From Bacilli bacterium (lineage in GTDB: Bacteria; Bacillota_I; Bacilli_A; RF39; UBA660): 64,000 nucleotides of DNA. Of this stretch, positions 46,806 to 56,853 are shown in pieces. Numbering within the stretch: position 1 is the stretch's first letter; each line of letters starts with the position of its first letter. The position numbers and the translations under genes are program-made. The DNA lies in NCBI GenBank assembly GCA_017398945.1, contig JAFQES010000027.1, positions 771-64,770 on the forward strand. Direction: 5' to 3'. The notes under the pieces are model-generated. The model ran no database searches. It saw nothing but the letters and a program-made list of their open reading frames with translations, and was not told the DNA's origin.

Positions 46806-46876
46806 GTGCACACAAACAGAGACCGACGTGGCTGCTATATTCCTATCCTGACCAGGTTACAGCGTATTTGTTGCAC
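46806..46876 (-). ncRNA. ffs: Small (4.5S-type) signal recognition particle RNA
   Basis: The minus strand reads GTGCAACAAATACGCTGTAACCTGGTCAGGATAGGAATATAGCAGCCACGTCGGTCTCTGTTTGTGTGCAC. It contains the GGUCAGG...GGAA...AGCAGCC domain IV signature. The 5' and 3' ends pair (GTGCAACAAA / TTTGTGTGCAC) and a U-run follows. Confidence 0.8.
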
Positions 46877-46882
46877 GAATAA

Positions 46883-46911
46883 ATATTATCACATATTTTT
46901 TTAACAAGCAA
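46883..46911 (-). promoter_or_regulatory. Sigma-A promoter of ffs
   Basis: The minus strand reads TTGCTT (46911-46906), a 17-nt spacer, then TAATAT (46888-46883). The G at 46876 lies 7 nt downstream. Confidence 0.55.
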
Positions 46912-46919
46912 CTTTTTAA

Positions 46920-46935
46920 TGTTTCACGTGGAACA
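46920..46935. promoter_or_regulatory. parS site 1
   Basis: TGTTTCACGTGGAACA. Its reverse complement TGTTCCACGTGAAACA fits the Firmicute parS consensus TGTTNCACGTGAAACA. It sits within a 24-bp palindrome ttaatg...cattaa. Confidence 0.8.
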
Positions 46936-47015
46936 TTAAAAAAAACAATATTTTTTATAAAAATCTAAAACAAATAAAGGTTTGTTACCTTTAAAACTAT
47001 GTTATCAAAAATATA

Positions 47016-47031
47016 TGTTTCACGTAAAACA
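47016..47031. promoter_or_regulatory. parS-like site 2 (one mismatch)
   Basis: TGTTTCACGTAAAACA, with central CACGTA instead of CACGTG. It sits within an AT-rich extended palindrome. Confidence 0.6.
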
Positions 47032-47080
47032 TATATATGCAAAGAATTTAAGTCTATCAGAACAAACAAATTATGATTAA

Positions 47081-47096
47081 TGTTTCACGTGGAACA
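47081..47096. promoter_or_regulatory. parS site 3
   Basis: TGTTTCACGTGGAACA, identical to site 1 over 24 bp. Confidence 0.8.
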
Positions 47097-47134
47097 TTAA
47101 TTTAAGTTTTTAAGTTAAACTGCACTAAACAAAG

Positions 47135-47143
47135 TTATCCACA
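47135..47143 (+). promoter_or_regulatory. Perfect DnaA box abutting parS site 4
   Basis: TTATCCACA. Its last five bases are part of the 28-bp palindrome around parS 4. Confidence 0.6.
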
Positions 47144-47144
47144 A

Positions 47145-47160
47145 TGTTTCACGTGAAACA
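47145..47160. promoter_or_regulatory. parS site 4 (perfect palindrome)
   Basis: TGTTTCACGTGAAACA, inside the 28-bp perfect palindrome ccacaatgtttcacgtgaaacattgtgg (47139-47166). Confidence 0.85.
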
Positions 47161-47265
47161 TTGTGGTGCACCAATAAATGATTAAATACAAAATTTAGAA
47201 AAACATCGAGTTAATTTTATTTTAAAATAATAGTTAATTGTATAAATATTATATACTTTTATGAA

Positions 47266-47281
47266 TGTTCCACGTGAAACA
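47266..47281. promoter_or_regulatory. parS site 5
   Basis: TGTTCCACGTGAAACA, within the 24-bp palindrome tgaatg...cattca. Confidence 0.8.
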
Positions 47282-47344
47282 TTCACAATTTTTATGTAAT
47301 AAAAAACTATCTAAGTTCATTCTTAAATAGTTTTTAAATTAATA

Positions 47345-49846
47345 CTAGTTCTGTTCTTCAGATGTTTCACGTGGAACATCATTATTGATTTCATTATAAT
47401 CTATTTCTGTAAGATTATCTTCAATCTCATCTTCTTTTTCTACTAAACTAATGGTAGTAACAAAGTGATCTTCTTTCAAATTAATTAATCTAACTCCTTG
47501 CGCAGTTCTTCCTAAAGTATTAATTTGCTCTAATTTCATACGCATTGCCATACCATTGTTGGTCATAATAACTAATTCTTTATTTTCTTCAACAACTTTT
47601 ACAGCAACTATTGAACCATTTTTCTCTGTTACACTTAAAGCTTTTACACCTTTGCTTCCACGGCTTGTTTCTCTAAAATCACTAACTCTTGATTGTTTTC
47701 CATACCCTTTGTTAGTAACTATTAAGATATTATCTTCATTTTTAACAATTTCACACGCCACACAAACATTTCCGTCCAAATTAATACCTTTAACGCCACT
47801 TGCAGTTCTTCCCATTGCTCTTAATTTATCTTCTGAGAACTTAACTAACTTACCTTCACTTGATCCAAGTAATACTAAATCATTACCAGAAGTCTTTTTA
47901 ACATCTAATAATTCATCACTATCTTTCATAGAAATAGCAATCTTTCCTGTTGCTCTAATATTGTTGAATTCTTCAATGTTAGTTTTCTTAACAACACCTT
48001 TTTTGGTTGCAAATAGCAAATACTTATGACTTTCAACTTTCGAAATGTTGATCATCGATTTAACATATTCGTCTTTTTCTATTTGAATCAAGTTTACTAT
48101 TGGTAAACCTTTCGCGGTTCTACTAAATTCTGGTATTTCATAGCCTTTTAAGCGATATACGCGACCTAAATTAGTAAATAATAAGACATAATCATGCGTT
48201 GTAATATTAATCATACTTTCCACAAAATCTTCTTCATTTATTGTCATACCTTTAATACCTACACCACCACGATTTTGCGTTTTATAAGTATCTGCAAGCA
48301 TTCTTTTAATATATCCTTTGTTAGTAAGTGTGATAACAACATTTTCATCAGGAATCAATGATTCATCTTCAATATAATCAATTGCCGTCATATCGATATC
48401 TGTTTTACGTTCATCAGCATATTTTGCTTTAATTTCTAGCATTTCAGACTTAATTATATTAAGAATTTTTTCTTCACTAGCTAAAATTTCTGTTAATTCA
48501 GCAACTAATTTAGTTAATTCAGCAATTTCATTTTCAACTGTTTCCTTAGCTAATCCAGTTAATCTTCTTAACTTCATTTCTAAAATAGCATTAGTTTGCG
48601 CCTCAGAAAGACCATATTTAGCCATTAATGCTTTACTTGCATCTTCATCTGTTTCAGATTCCTTAATAATACGAATTACTTCATCAATATGATCTAAAGC
48701 AATCTTTAAACCTTCTAAAATATGCAATCTAGCTTTATATTTAGCTAAATCAAACTCTGTACGACGATAAATTACTTGTTTTTGATGATCCACATACTTT
48801 TCGTAAATAGTTTTTAGATCTAAACATCTAGGACGACCATCTACTAACATCAAGAAATTTATTCCATAAGACATTTGAACTTGTGTATGTTTATATAAAT
48901 TATTTAATATAACGTTAGCATTTGCTTCTTTTTTTACATCTATTACAATTCTAACTCCACCTAAAGCAGATTCATCGGTTAAACCTGAAACTCCGTCGAT
49001 TACTTTATCTCTAATTAATTCAGCTATTTTAATAATTAAAGCCTTTTTATTAACTTGGTATGGTAATTCAGTAATAATAATTCTATTTTTTCCATGATTT
49101 TCTTCAATTTCTACTCTAGAACGAATCGTAATTGTTCCACGACCCGTTTCAAAAGCCTTTTTAATACCTGAATTTCCTAAAATTATACCACCACTTGGAA
49201 AATCTGGCCCCTTAATATAATTCATTAATTCCATAATACTTATATCAGGATTATCAATATAAGCAACACATCCATCGATAACTTCTCCTAAGTTATGTGG
49301 TGGAATGTTAGTAGCCATACCAACAGCAATACCCATATTTCCGTTAACTAAAATATTTGGAAATCTACTTGGTAGAATTGTTGGTTCTTTTCTTTGACCA
49401 TCGTAGTTATCAGTAAAATCTACAGTGTTTTTATTTAAGTCTCTTAATAACTCCATTGATATCTTAGCTAATTTAGCTTCGGTATAACGGGAAGCTGCAG
49501 CTCCATCACCATCAATATTACCAAAGTTTCCGTGTCCATCAACCAAAGTATGTCGATAAGTAAATGGTTGAGCCATTCTTACCATTGAATCATAAATAGC
49601 TGAATCTCCATGTGGATGGTAATGTCCCATTACAGCACCAACAGCGTTAGCACTTTTTTGATGTTTTTTATCAGGAGTCATTCCTTCTTCTAATAATGTA
49701 TATAATATTCTTCTATGAACTGGCTTTAAACCATCTCTTACATCAGGAATTGCTCTTGATACAATTACACTCATCGAATAATCTAGAAAAGAATCTTTCA
49801 TTTCTTTAACAAGATTAACGCTGACCATTTTATCATGTTCATTCAT
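47345..49846 (-). CDS. gyrA: DNA gyrase subunit A
   Basis: 833 aa. [20 protein letters not shown] and [11 protein letters not shown] (the catalytic Tyr region). Confidence 0.97.
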   Translation of the reverse strand: MNEHDKMVSVNLVKEMKDSFLDYSMSVIVSRAIPDVRDGLKPVHRRILYTLLEEGMTPDKKHQKSANAVGAVMGHYHPHGDSAIYDSMVRMAQPFTYRHTLVDGHGNFGNIDGDGAAASRYTEAKLAKISMELLRDLNKNTVDFTDNYDGQRKEPTILPSRFPNILVNGNMGIAVGMATNIPPHNLGEVIDGCVAYIDNPDISIMELMNYIKGPDFPSGGIILGNSGIKKAFETGRGTITIRSRVEIEENHGKNRIIITELPYQVNKKALIIKIAELIRDKVIDGVSGLTDESALGGVRIVIDVKKEANANVILNNLYKHTQVQMSYGINFLMLVDGRPRCLDLKTIYEKYVDHQKQVIYRRTEFDLAKYKARLHILEGLKIALDHIDEVIRIIKESETDEDASKALMAKYGLSEAQTNAILEMKLRRLTGLAKETVENEIAELTKLVAELTEILASEEKILNIIKSEMLEIKAKYADERKTDIDMTAIDYIEDESLIPDENVVITLTNKGYIKRMLADTYKTQNRGGVGIKGMTINEEDFVESMINITTHDYVLLFTNLGRVYRLKGYEIPEFSRTAKGLPIVNLIQIEKDEYVKSMINISKVESHKYLLFATKKGVVKKTNIEEFNNIRATGKIAISMKDSDELLDVKKTSGNDLVLLGSSEGKLVKFSEDKLRAMGRTASGVKGINLDGNVCVACEIVKNEDNILIVTNKGYGKQSRVSDFRETSRGSKGVKALSVTEKNGSIVAVKVVEENKELVIMTNNGMAMRMKLEQINTLGRTAQGVRLINLKEDHFVTTISLVEKEDEIEDNLTEIDYNEINNDVPRETSEEQN
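47363..47378. promoter_or_regulatory. parS site 6, inside the last codons of gyrA
   Basis: TGTTTCACGTGGAACA. It encodes DVPRETS in the gyrA C-terminal tail. Confidence 0.75.
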
Positions 49847-49859
49847 TTAACTCACCACC

Positions 49860-51779
49860 CTAAACATCCAGATTTATAACACTTAAAGCATTATCCTCAA
49901 TGAATTTTCTTCTAGGTTCAACATCTTCACCCATTAATAAGTCAAATATTGAATCAGCTGCCATAGCGTCTTCTAAATCAATTTTCTTTAAAACTCTCGT
50001 ATCAATATGCATTGTTGTTTCACGAAGTTCATGCGCATCCATTTCTCCTAGACCTTTCATACGCCCAATATCTGGTTTAACGTTTGGAGGTAAAGTTGCT
50101 AAATACGCATTAAGTTCCTCATCATTAAGCACATATTTTGTTGTTTTACCATGCTTAATTGAATATAAAGGAGGTTGCGCAGCATAAATATGTCCATTTT
50201 CAATTAATGGTTTAAAATAGCGATAAAATAATGTTAATAACAATGTTCTAATATGAGCTCCGTCAACATCGGCATCGGTCATAATAACGATTTTGTGATA
50301 ACGTAATTTAGAAATATCGAAATCTTCTCCAATTCCTGTATTGAAAGCTGTTATCATCGTTCTAATTTCTTCGTTTGATAAAGCGCGGTCTAAACGAGCT
50401 TTTTCAACGTTTAAGATCTTACCGCGAATCGGTAAAATAGCTTGTGTTGCCGGATTTCTTCCATCCTTAGCTGTTCCTGCTGCACTATCCCCTTCGACTA
50501 TAAATACTTCACATTCTTCAGGATTTTTTGAAGAACATCCTGTTAATTTTCCTTGGAACGAAGGTAAATCAACAGTTCCTTTTTTACGATTAACTTCACG
50601 AGCTTTTTTAGCTGCAATTCTTGCTCTGGCTGCCACCATTGATTTTTCAACTATAGATTTAGCTTGATCAGGATTTTCTAATAAAAATCTCTCAAATGCT
50701 TCAGCAAAAATGTTAGCAGCAACTCTTTTAACCTCGGTATTACCTAGTTTTGTTTTAGTTTGTCCTTCAAATTGTGGTTCAGGAACTTTTACTGAAACAA
50801 TCATTGTAACACCTTCTCTAACGTCTTCACCGGTTAAAGAATCATCATTTTCTTTCATAAACTTATTTGCTTTTGCATAAGTGTTAATAATTCTTGTTAA
50901 AGCAGATTTTACTCCGTCTTCATGTGTTCCTCCTTCTGGAGTTGTAATATTATTAACAAAAGAATAAATAGCTGGATTATATCCGTCATTATATTGGAAT
51001 GCTACTTCTAAAGAAATATCTTCTTCTACTCCATCTACATAAATAATATCTTCATGAATAGCTGTCTTATTTTCATTTAATAATGCAACATATTCCTTGA
51101 TTCCACCTTCATAAAGGAAAGTATCTTTCTTACCAGATCTATCATCTACTAAGATTATTCTAAGCCCTTTATTTAAGAAAGCTAATTCTCTGGCTCTTGT
51201 AAATAAGGTATCATAATCAAATGTTGTAGTTTCTTTAAATATTTCAGCATCTGGCATAAAAGTTACAGTTGTACCAGTTCTTTCTTCACTACAGTCACCA
51301 ATAACCGTTAATGGTGACTCAGTATGTCCTCCATTAGCAAATTTTACTTCATGAATTTTACCTTCTTTATAAACTGTTACAGTAACCCATTTACTTAAGG
51401 CATTAACAACTGATGCACCTACACCATGTAATCCTCCAGATACCTTATATCCGCCACCACCGAACTTTCCTCCGGCATGTAATACTGTATAAACAGTTTC
51501 AACTGTTGATAACCTTGTTTTAGGATGAACTCCAACCGGAATACCACGACCATCATCTTTTACAGTAACAGAACCATCTTTATTAACAATAATTTCAATA
51601 TCATCACAATATCCTGCTAATGCTTCATCAATTGCATTATCCACAATTTCCCATACTAAATGGTGAAGACCTCTAACGCTAGTACTACCGATATACATAC
51701 CAGGTCTTTTACGAACGGCCTCTAAACCTTCTAAGACTTGGATATCCGATGCATCATAATGTTTTGTTTCTTCTTGCAT
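49860..51779 (-). CDS. gyrB: DNA gyrase subunit B
   Basis: 639 aa. [40 protein letters not shown]. Confidence 0.97.
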   Translation of the reverse strand: MQEETKHYDASDIQVLEGLEAVRKRPGMYIGSTSVRGLHHLVWEIVDNAIDEALAGYCDDIEIIVNKDGSVTVKDDGRGIPVGVHPKTRLSTVETVYTVLHAGGKFGGGGYKVSGGLHGVGASVVNALSKWVTVTVYKEGKIHEVKFANGGHTESPLTVIGDCSEERTGTTVTFMPDAEIFKETTTFDYDTLFTRARELAFLNKGLRIILVDDRSGKKDTFLYEGGIKEYVALLNENKTAIHEDIIYVDGVEEDISLEVAFQYNDGYNPAIYSFVNNITTPEGGTHEDGVKSALTRIINTYAKANKFMKENDDSLTGEDVREGVTMIVSVKVPEPQFEGQTKTKLGNTEVKRVAANIFAEAFERFLLENPDQAKSIVEKSMVAARARIAAKKAREVNRKKGTVDLPSFQGKLTGCSSKNPEECEVFIVEGDSAAGTAKDGRNPATQAILPIRGKILNVEKARLDRALSNEEIRTMITAFNTGIGEDFDISKLRYHKIVIMTDADVDGAHIRTLLLTLFYRYFKPLIENGHIYAAQPPLYSIKHGKTTKYVLNDEELNAYLATLPPNVKPDIGRMKGLGEMDAHELRETTMHIDTRVLKKIDLEDAMAADSIFDLLMGEDVEPRRKFIEDNALSVINLDV

Positions 51780-51783
51780 ACTC

Positions 51784-52869
51784 TCACTCCTCTACGACGT
51801 TTCCGGAAAAAACCTTAAACTTCTTGCTATTTTCTTTTAATGTTTTTTTTAACTTACTTAATTCAGTAGTTGTTATAAATATTTGGCAATCACTTGGTAA
51901 TAATTTTAAAATATTGTTTATTTTTTCTTTATCTAACTCGCTAAATAAGTCATCTAAAATAAGTATTGGTCCAAATCCTAATCTTTCTTTAATCATTTCT
52001 AATTCGGCCAATTTTAAAGCAACTATAATATTTTTTATTTGTCCTTCACTTGCCCACTCTTTCGCTTTATTATCATCTAACAAAAAATCAAGATCATCTA
52101 AATGTACTCCTAATAAAGTTTTCCCAAAATTTAGCTCTTTTTCATATATTTTTTTGAATTTTTTAGCTAATTCTTCTGAGCTTTTATCAAAAGTAGATAA
52201 ATATTTTACTGAGATACTTCCCTCTTTTGTAATTAGATTATAATAATCATTAATTCTTAAATTAATTTGATTAATGAACTCTAAACGTAAATCATAAATA
52301 ATTTTACCTAACTCAATTAATTTTTGTGTTAGAATATCCAAATATTCATAACTTTTATTAGCATTTAAAGATAACTGTTTCAAATAAGAATTCCGTTGTT
52401 TTAAGACTTTATTATAATCACTAACATATTTTAAATAGTTAGAATCATAAAAAGATAACTCAATATTTAGAAATTTTCTTCTTGTAATCGGCGTATCTTT
52501 TAAAATTCTTAAATCTCCAGGCGAGAACACAACTATCGGAATTTTAGCAATATATTCACTTAACAACTGAATTTTATTGTTATTAATTTGAACCTTTTTC
52601 CCCTCTTTTGTAATTTCTACCTGATATTTGATTTTCTTTGTTTGTTTAACAGTACCTTTGATTTTTGCTTTTTCACAAGACTTTCGAATTAAGCTCTTAT
52701 CATTTACATTTCGAAAAGTTTTGGTTAAGGCTAAAACATAGATTGCTTCAACAATATTTGTTTTACCACTACCATTTTTACCATATATAATATTAACGTT
52801 TGGGGAAAATTTTAAAGACAATTTATGATAATTACGAAAATTTAGTAATTCTAGAAGTTCAAATTTCAT
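51784..52869 (-). CDS. recF: DNA replication and repair protein RecF
   Basis: 361 aa. [31 protein letters not shown]. Confidence 0.93.
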   Translation of the reverse strand: MKFELLELLNFRNYHKLSLKFSPNVNIIYGKNGSGKTNIVEAIYVLALTKTFRNVNDKSLIRKSCEKAKIKGTVKQTKKIKYQVEITKEGKKVQINNNKIQLLSEYIAKIPIVVFSPGDLRILKDTPITRRKFLNIELSFYDSNYLKYVSDYNKVLKQRNSYLKQLSLNANKSYEYLDILTQKLIELGKIIYDLRLEFINQINLRINDYYNLITKEGSISVKYLSTFDKSSEELAKKFKKIYEKELNFGKTLLGVHLDDLDFLLDDNKAKEWASEGQIKNIIVALKLAELEMIKERLGFGPILILDDLFSELDKEKINNILKLLPSDCQIFITTTELSKLKKTLKENSKKFKVFSGNVVEE

Positions 52870-52960
52870 AAATTGCCCCCTTTTACGTCAATATAATAAA
52901 ATAATAGGTATACCCGTACACCTATACCTATCATTAATTATAACACAAATTTAAGATTTA

Positions 52961-53413
52961 TTAAATGTTTTTTCGATTTTTTCGCCCTCTTAAAACCGAT
53001 TCTAAACGAGTTGCTCTTAAAACTTGATTATCAATAATTCCATATGATGTTGATAACTCAATTTTTTGCTTATTTTTAAAGATAATAATAACCTTATTAC
53101 CAACTGTGTAATACCTATCAATATTTTTTAAAGATACCCAAGAACACTCTTTTAACCTTGGTGAACAAGTTGGAAAAAAGATGATCTCTTTAGTTTCTTC
53201 AACAATTACTGGGCACTTATGCGTTACACCAATTAAATTAGATGTCCCCTTTTGTCTACCTAATAAACTACTTCCAAAATAAGCACAACTATCTTCCATT
53301 ATGTTATTAGCCAACTTATCCACATAAAATTCCTGATTATTTTCATATACTTTAGTTTTTCCTTTTTCGCTAATCAAAGCTAATGTATCGGTATTAATTT
53401 CATAATCTTGCAT
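52961..53413 (-). CDS. ComK-family protein (competence transcription factor-like)
   Basis: 150 aa. CAYFGSSLLGRQKGT...THKCPVIV...IIFFPTCSPRLKECSWVSL...STSYGIIDNQVLRATRL parallels the ComK pattern. Confidence 0.6.
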   Translation of the reverse strand: MQDYEINTDTLALISEKGKTKVYENNQEFYVDKLANNIMEDSCAYFGSSLLGRQKGTSNLIGVTHKCPVIVEETKEIIFFPTCSPRLKECSWVSLKNIDRYYTVGNKVIIIFKNKQKIELSTSYGIIDNQVLRATRLESVLRGRKNRKNI

Positions 53414-53489
53414 ATTACTTCACCCCCTTACAAATAAATTGTTTTCTATTAAACTAAAAAAAAACAACAAAATTTGTTGCTTTTTGTAA

Positions 53490-54611
53490 TTAATATGTTT
53501 TTATCGGTAAAATTAGCTGAATTAATGATTCATCACTAACAGATTTTACAATAATTGGTTTTGTATCACTATTTAATAATATTAAAATATCTTCATCTTT
53601 AATGGTTTTTAAAGCTTCTAACATATATTTAGAACTAAAGGAAATTTCTAATTTTTCTTTATTATTAGATTCTACTAACAATTTTTCTTCAACTTTTCCT
53701 AATTCTGAAGATGACGATGAAATTAACATATTAACATTTTCTAAATTCATCTTAACAATATTTTTATCTTTTCCTTGTGTTAATAAAGATGCTCTATCAA
53801 TAGCAGAATTAAACTCACTAGAACTTACCTTTATAATATAAGCAAACTCATTAGGAATTAAATTACTTGTATTTGGATAAGTTCCATTTAATAAGTTACT
53901 TTGGAATAAGATATTCTTATATTTAAATAATATTTTATTACTAAATACATGAATTTCTAAATTTTCATCTGTTAATAACTTCTCTAATTCAATAATATTT
54001 CTTCCTGGAATAACGATATCCACATTGTTATTAACAATCTGATTTAATTTAATATTCTTTTTAGCTAAACGATATGAATCTGTAGCTACACATTCTAATA
54101 AATCTCCATTAATTTTTAAGTTAACACCTGTAAGTAATGGTCTTAATTCTTGATTAGATATTGCAAAAGAGGTTTGATTAATAATTGTTTTAAATGTTTC
54201 TGCTTCAATAACAATTGGTTCTTTACTTTCCTCTATTTTAATAAGTGGATAATCTTTAGCATCTAAACAATTTAATGAAAATTGGTTATTATCAGTATAG
54301 ATTTTTATCTTTAATCCATCTAATACTTCAAAGTTAACAACATCACTAGGCATCTTTCTAATAATTTCTAAGATATATTTACTTTGTAAAATAATAGATC
54401 CTTCTTTTTCAATATTTTTAATTTCTTTACTTTCAATTAATACTTTAATAGTAAGCTCTCCATCACTTGCTAACAAGTATAATCCTTCTTTTTGTAAATC
54501 AAATTTAATTCCATTTAATACTGGTATTATGTTTTTAGTAGATATTGCTTTAATAACATTATTAAGTCCATCTAATATAATATTTTTATCAATTGAAAAT
54601 TTCATCTTCAT
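53490..54611 (-). CDS. dnaN: DNA polymerase III beta sliding clamp
   Basis: 373 aa. Three-domain length, with NPILNGIKF-like IIPVLNGIKF and QLILPIKTY at the end. Confidence 0.93.
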   Translation of the reverse strand: MKMKFSIDKNIILDGLNNVIKAISTKNIIPVLNGIKFDLQKEGLYLLASDGELTIKVLIESKEIKNIEKEGSIILQSKYILEIIRKMPSDVVNFEVLDGLKIKIYTDNNQFSLNCLDAKDYPLIKIEESKEPIVIEAETFKTIINQTSFAISNQELRPLLTGVNLKINGDLLECVATDSYRLAKKNIKLNQIVNNNVDIVIPGRNIIELEKLLTDENLEIHVFSNKILFKYKNILFQSNLLNGTYPNTSNLIPNEFAYIIKVSSSEFNSAIDRASLLTQGKDKNIVKMNLENVNMLISSSSSELGKVEEKLLVESNNKEKLEISFSSKYMLEALKTIKDEDILILLNSDTKPIIVKSVSDESLIQLILPIKTY

Positions 54612-54747
54612 TCCTTCTTTCTTATTTATATTATTAATTATTATTATAATAGTGTTAGTAATGTGGATAAGTCATTTTTCTTAGGTATAACCTAGGGTGA
54701 AAACCAATATTCTATGTTTATAAGTAGTTGATAACTTTTAACATTAT
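54612..54747. promoter_or_regulatory. dnaA-dnaN intergenic region with DnaA boxes (second half of a bipartite oriC)
   Basis: A perfect box TGTGGATAA (54662-54670, the reverse complement of TTATCCACA) and a near-box agTTGATAA at about 54728-54737. The surroundings are AT-rich. Confidence 0.6.
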
Positions 54748-56100
54748 TCACATTCGGTTTTTTATTTCGTTAATTGTTACTTGTAATTTAGCATCTTGTT
54801 TTAGTTCTTTTTCAATCTTATCACAAGCAAATATTACGGTTGAATGATCCCTACCCCCAAATTCTAATCCAATCTTAGGAAATGTCTCATTTGTTTCCAT
54901 TCGACATAAGTACATTCCTAGCTGTCTTGGATATGCGATCTTATTACTTCTTTTCTTTCCTTTTAAGTCTTCTACGGTTATACCATAATAACTTGCTACA
55001 GCTTTTTGAATTTTTTCGATATTACTGGACGCATAAATGTTTTTACTAACATAATCTTTTAATGCTTCGCAGGCAAATTCTAAATCGATTTTATCTGGTA
55101 CAATCATTGCTGTATAAGCCATTAATCTATTTATTGTTCCTTCAATATGTCTAACATCATTTTGACAAGCATTAGCGATATATTCAACAACCGCATCATC
55201 AATTTTCTTAGCAATACTTGTATGAGCTATCTTACTTCTAATAATGCGACATCGAAGATCAAAATCAGGTGGATAAATATCAACAGGTAATCCCCACATA
55301 AAACGAGATCTTAGCCTTTCTTCAAGCTTTTTTAAATCATCTGGCGATCTATCCGAACTTATAATGATTTGTTTTCCCATTTTATGTAAAGAATTAAATG
55401 TATTAAAGAATTCTTGTTGTGTTCTATCGGCACCAACTAAATATTGAATATCATCAATTATCAACACATCAACATTCCGATACTTATTTTTAAATTCATT
55501 AGCATAATCAAATGAATTAGCATTTTTTGTAATATCAGCAATACCAGTAAAGTCAGTCATAAAATCTTCACTAGTTACGTATAAAACGCGTTTTTTTGAA
55601 GTTTCCACAATATAATTACCGATAGCATGCATTAAATGTGTTTTTCCTAGTCCACTTTTTCCATATAAAAATAAAGGATTATGGATTTTTCCAGGAGCTT
55701 CTGCTACAGCTCTAGCAGATATATAAGCAAGTCGATTGGTGTTACCAACAACAAAATTTTCAAAATTTAAATTTTTATTTAAATTAGTATCATATACTTT
55801 ATAAGTAGTTTCTGGAACTTCCTTCTCTACTATTTCTTCTTCAGTAAAGATAGAATCATCTTCTAATACAAATTTAATATCATATTTTGTATTAGTTAAA
55901 TTATAAAATATATTTTCTATTAAATTATAATAAGTATTTCCAAGCATCTTTTTATGTATTTCCATTGGTACTTGAATCTTTATTATATTCTGATCTATTT
56001 TTAATAATATTAAATCATTAAACCAAACTTGATACGTGGTCGGGCTTACTTCTTCAGCAACTTCTGCCAAAAAATTTTTCCATAAATTTTCTGTGTTCAT
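54748..56100 (-). CDS. dnaA: Chromosomal replication initiator DnaA
   Basis: The start is taken at MNTENLWKNF. GKSGLGKTHLMHAIGN, LIIDDIQY, and a C-terminal DNA-binding region DHSTVIFACDKI. Confidence 0.96.
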   Translation of the reverse strand: MNTENLWKNFLAEVAEEVSPTTYQVWFNDLILLKIDQNIIKIQVPMEIHKKMLGNTYYNLIENIFYNLTNTKYDIKFVLEDDSIFTEEEIVEKEVPETTYKVYDTNLNKNLNFENFVVGNTNRLAYISARAVAEAPGKIHNPLFLYGKSGLGKTHLMHAIGNYIVETSKKRVLYVTSEDFMTDFTGIADITKNANSFDYANEFKNKYRNVDVLIIDDIQYLVGADRTQQEFFNTFNSLHKMGKQIIISSDRSPDDLKKLEERLRSRFMWGLPVDIYPPDFDLRCRIIRSKIAHTSIAKKIDDAVVEYIANACQNDVRHIEGTINRLMAYTAMIVPDKIDLEFACEALKDYVSKNIYASSNIEKIQKAVASYYGITVEDLKGKKRSNKIAYPRQLGMYLCRMETNETFPKIGLEFGGRDHSTVIFACDKIEKELKQDAKLQVTINEIKNRM

Positions 56101-56182
56101 TCCCCACCCCCACATCTAATTTTGACAATTAAATTTTCTCACAATTGTGTTAACAAAACAAGTAAAAGAAGCAACCTTTAAG

Positions 56183-56280
56183 TTATTAACACAACTTATC
56201 AACAATTTAGTGCTTATAATACCTTAAAAAAATCGATTTATCAACATTATCCACAAATTTCTGTAAAAAAGTTATCCCAA
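56183..56280. promoter_or_regulatory. DnaA-box cluster upstream of dnaA (oriC)
   Basis: TTATCAACA (56196-56204), tandem TTATCAACA-TTATCCACA (56238-56255), TTATCCCAA (56272-56280) and several TTATTAACA variants. A very AT-rich stretch at 56340-56460 follows. Confidence 0.7.
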
Positions 56281-56692
56281 CAGTTAATAAACAAAATTTT
56301 AGTTATTAACATAAATGTTTATATGTTAAATATTCTTGATAAATAAAGGAAAAAAATTATTAACAAAATAAGAAAAATAATTAACATTATACATAATAAA
56401 TAATAAAATATTATTTATAATAAACATTTAAATGTTTATAACTAAAAATACTTATAATTGCATTATAAGATATTATGGTAGGAGCATATGAAATCTATAA
56501 CTAAAGTAAAAAATGATTCAAGAAAATAATAAAAAAAGCAAATTAAAAGGGGAAATTATGATTTTAATATAAGCAAAGAAATCATGAACAACAAAAATAT
56601 AACTAAATCCTATTAATAGAAGAAGTAAAAAAGCTTGACAAAAATATAACATAAATAATATAATTAAAAAAGTTTAGTGATGGAGGTGCAAA

Positions 56693-56815
56693 ATGAAAAG
56701 AACTTATCAACCAAATAATCGTAAAAAAGCTAAAAAACACGGATTTTTTGCAAGAAAAGAAACTAAAATTTTAAAATCAAGAAGAAAAAAAGGTCGTAAG
56801 ATTTTATCAAGATAA
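56693..56815 (+). CDS. rpmH: 50S ribosomal protein L34 (short, 40 aa)
   Basis: Not in the track because it is too short. My translation is [40 protein letters not shown], preceded by GGAGGTG. Confidence 0.9.
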   Translation: MKRTYQPNNRKKAKKHGFFARKETKILKSRRKKGRKILSR

Positions 56816-56853
56816 CCACTTTAATGTGGTTTTTTTTCTATAAGGTGAAAAAA

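Noticed and set aside
46917-47285. Repeated CACGTG-centred palindromes considered as MITE termini or as operators of a Rex/CRP-type transcription factor
   Set aside because: The 16-bp core matches the Firmicute parS consensus exactly, and the copies are not paired as terminal inverted repeats around a common internal sequence. The origin-proximal location next to gyrA, with a ParB-family gene nearby, fits centromere sites.
47556-48029. Antisense ORFs inside well-supported genes. This one lies inside gyrA. Others are 8819..9187, 14918..15124, 15645..15938, 19491..19685, 31507..31755, 35828..36193, 39185..39409, 45049..45291, 49900..50187, 50341..50667, 51749..52243, 53602..53841, 59632..60099, 60343..60576, 60837..61034 and 62782..62964.
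   Set aside because: These are shadow frames opposite strongly conserved coding sequences. Their composition is low-complexity and rich in Ser, Leu, Phe and Ile, as is typical of antisense AT-rich genes. They have no RBS and no recognisable motifs.
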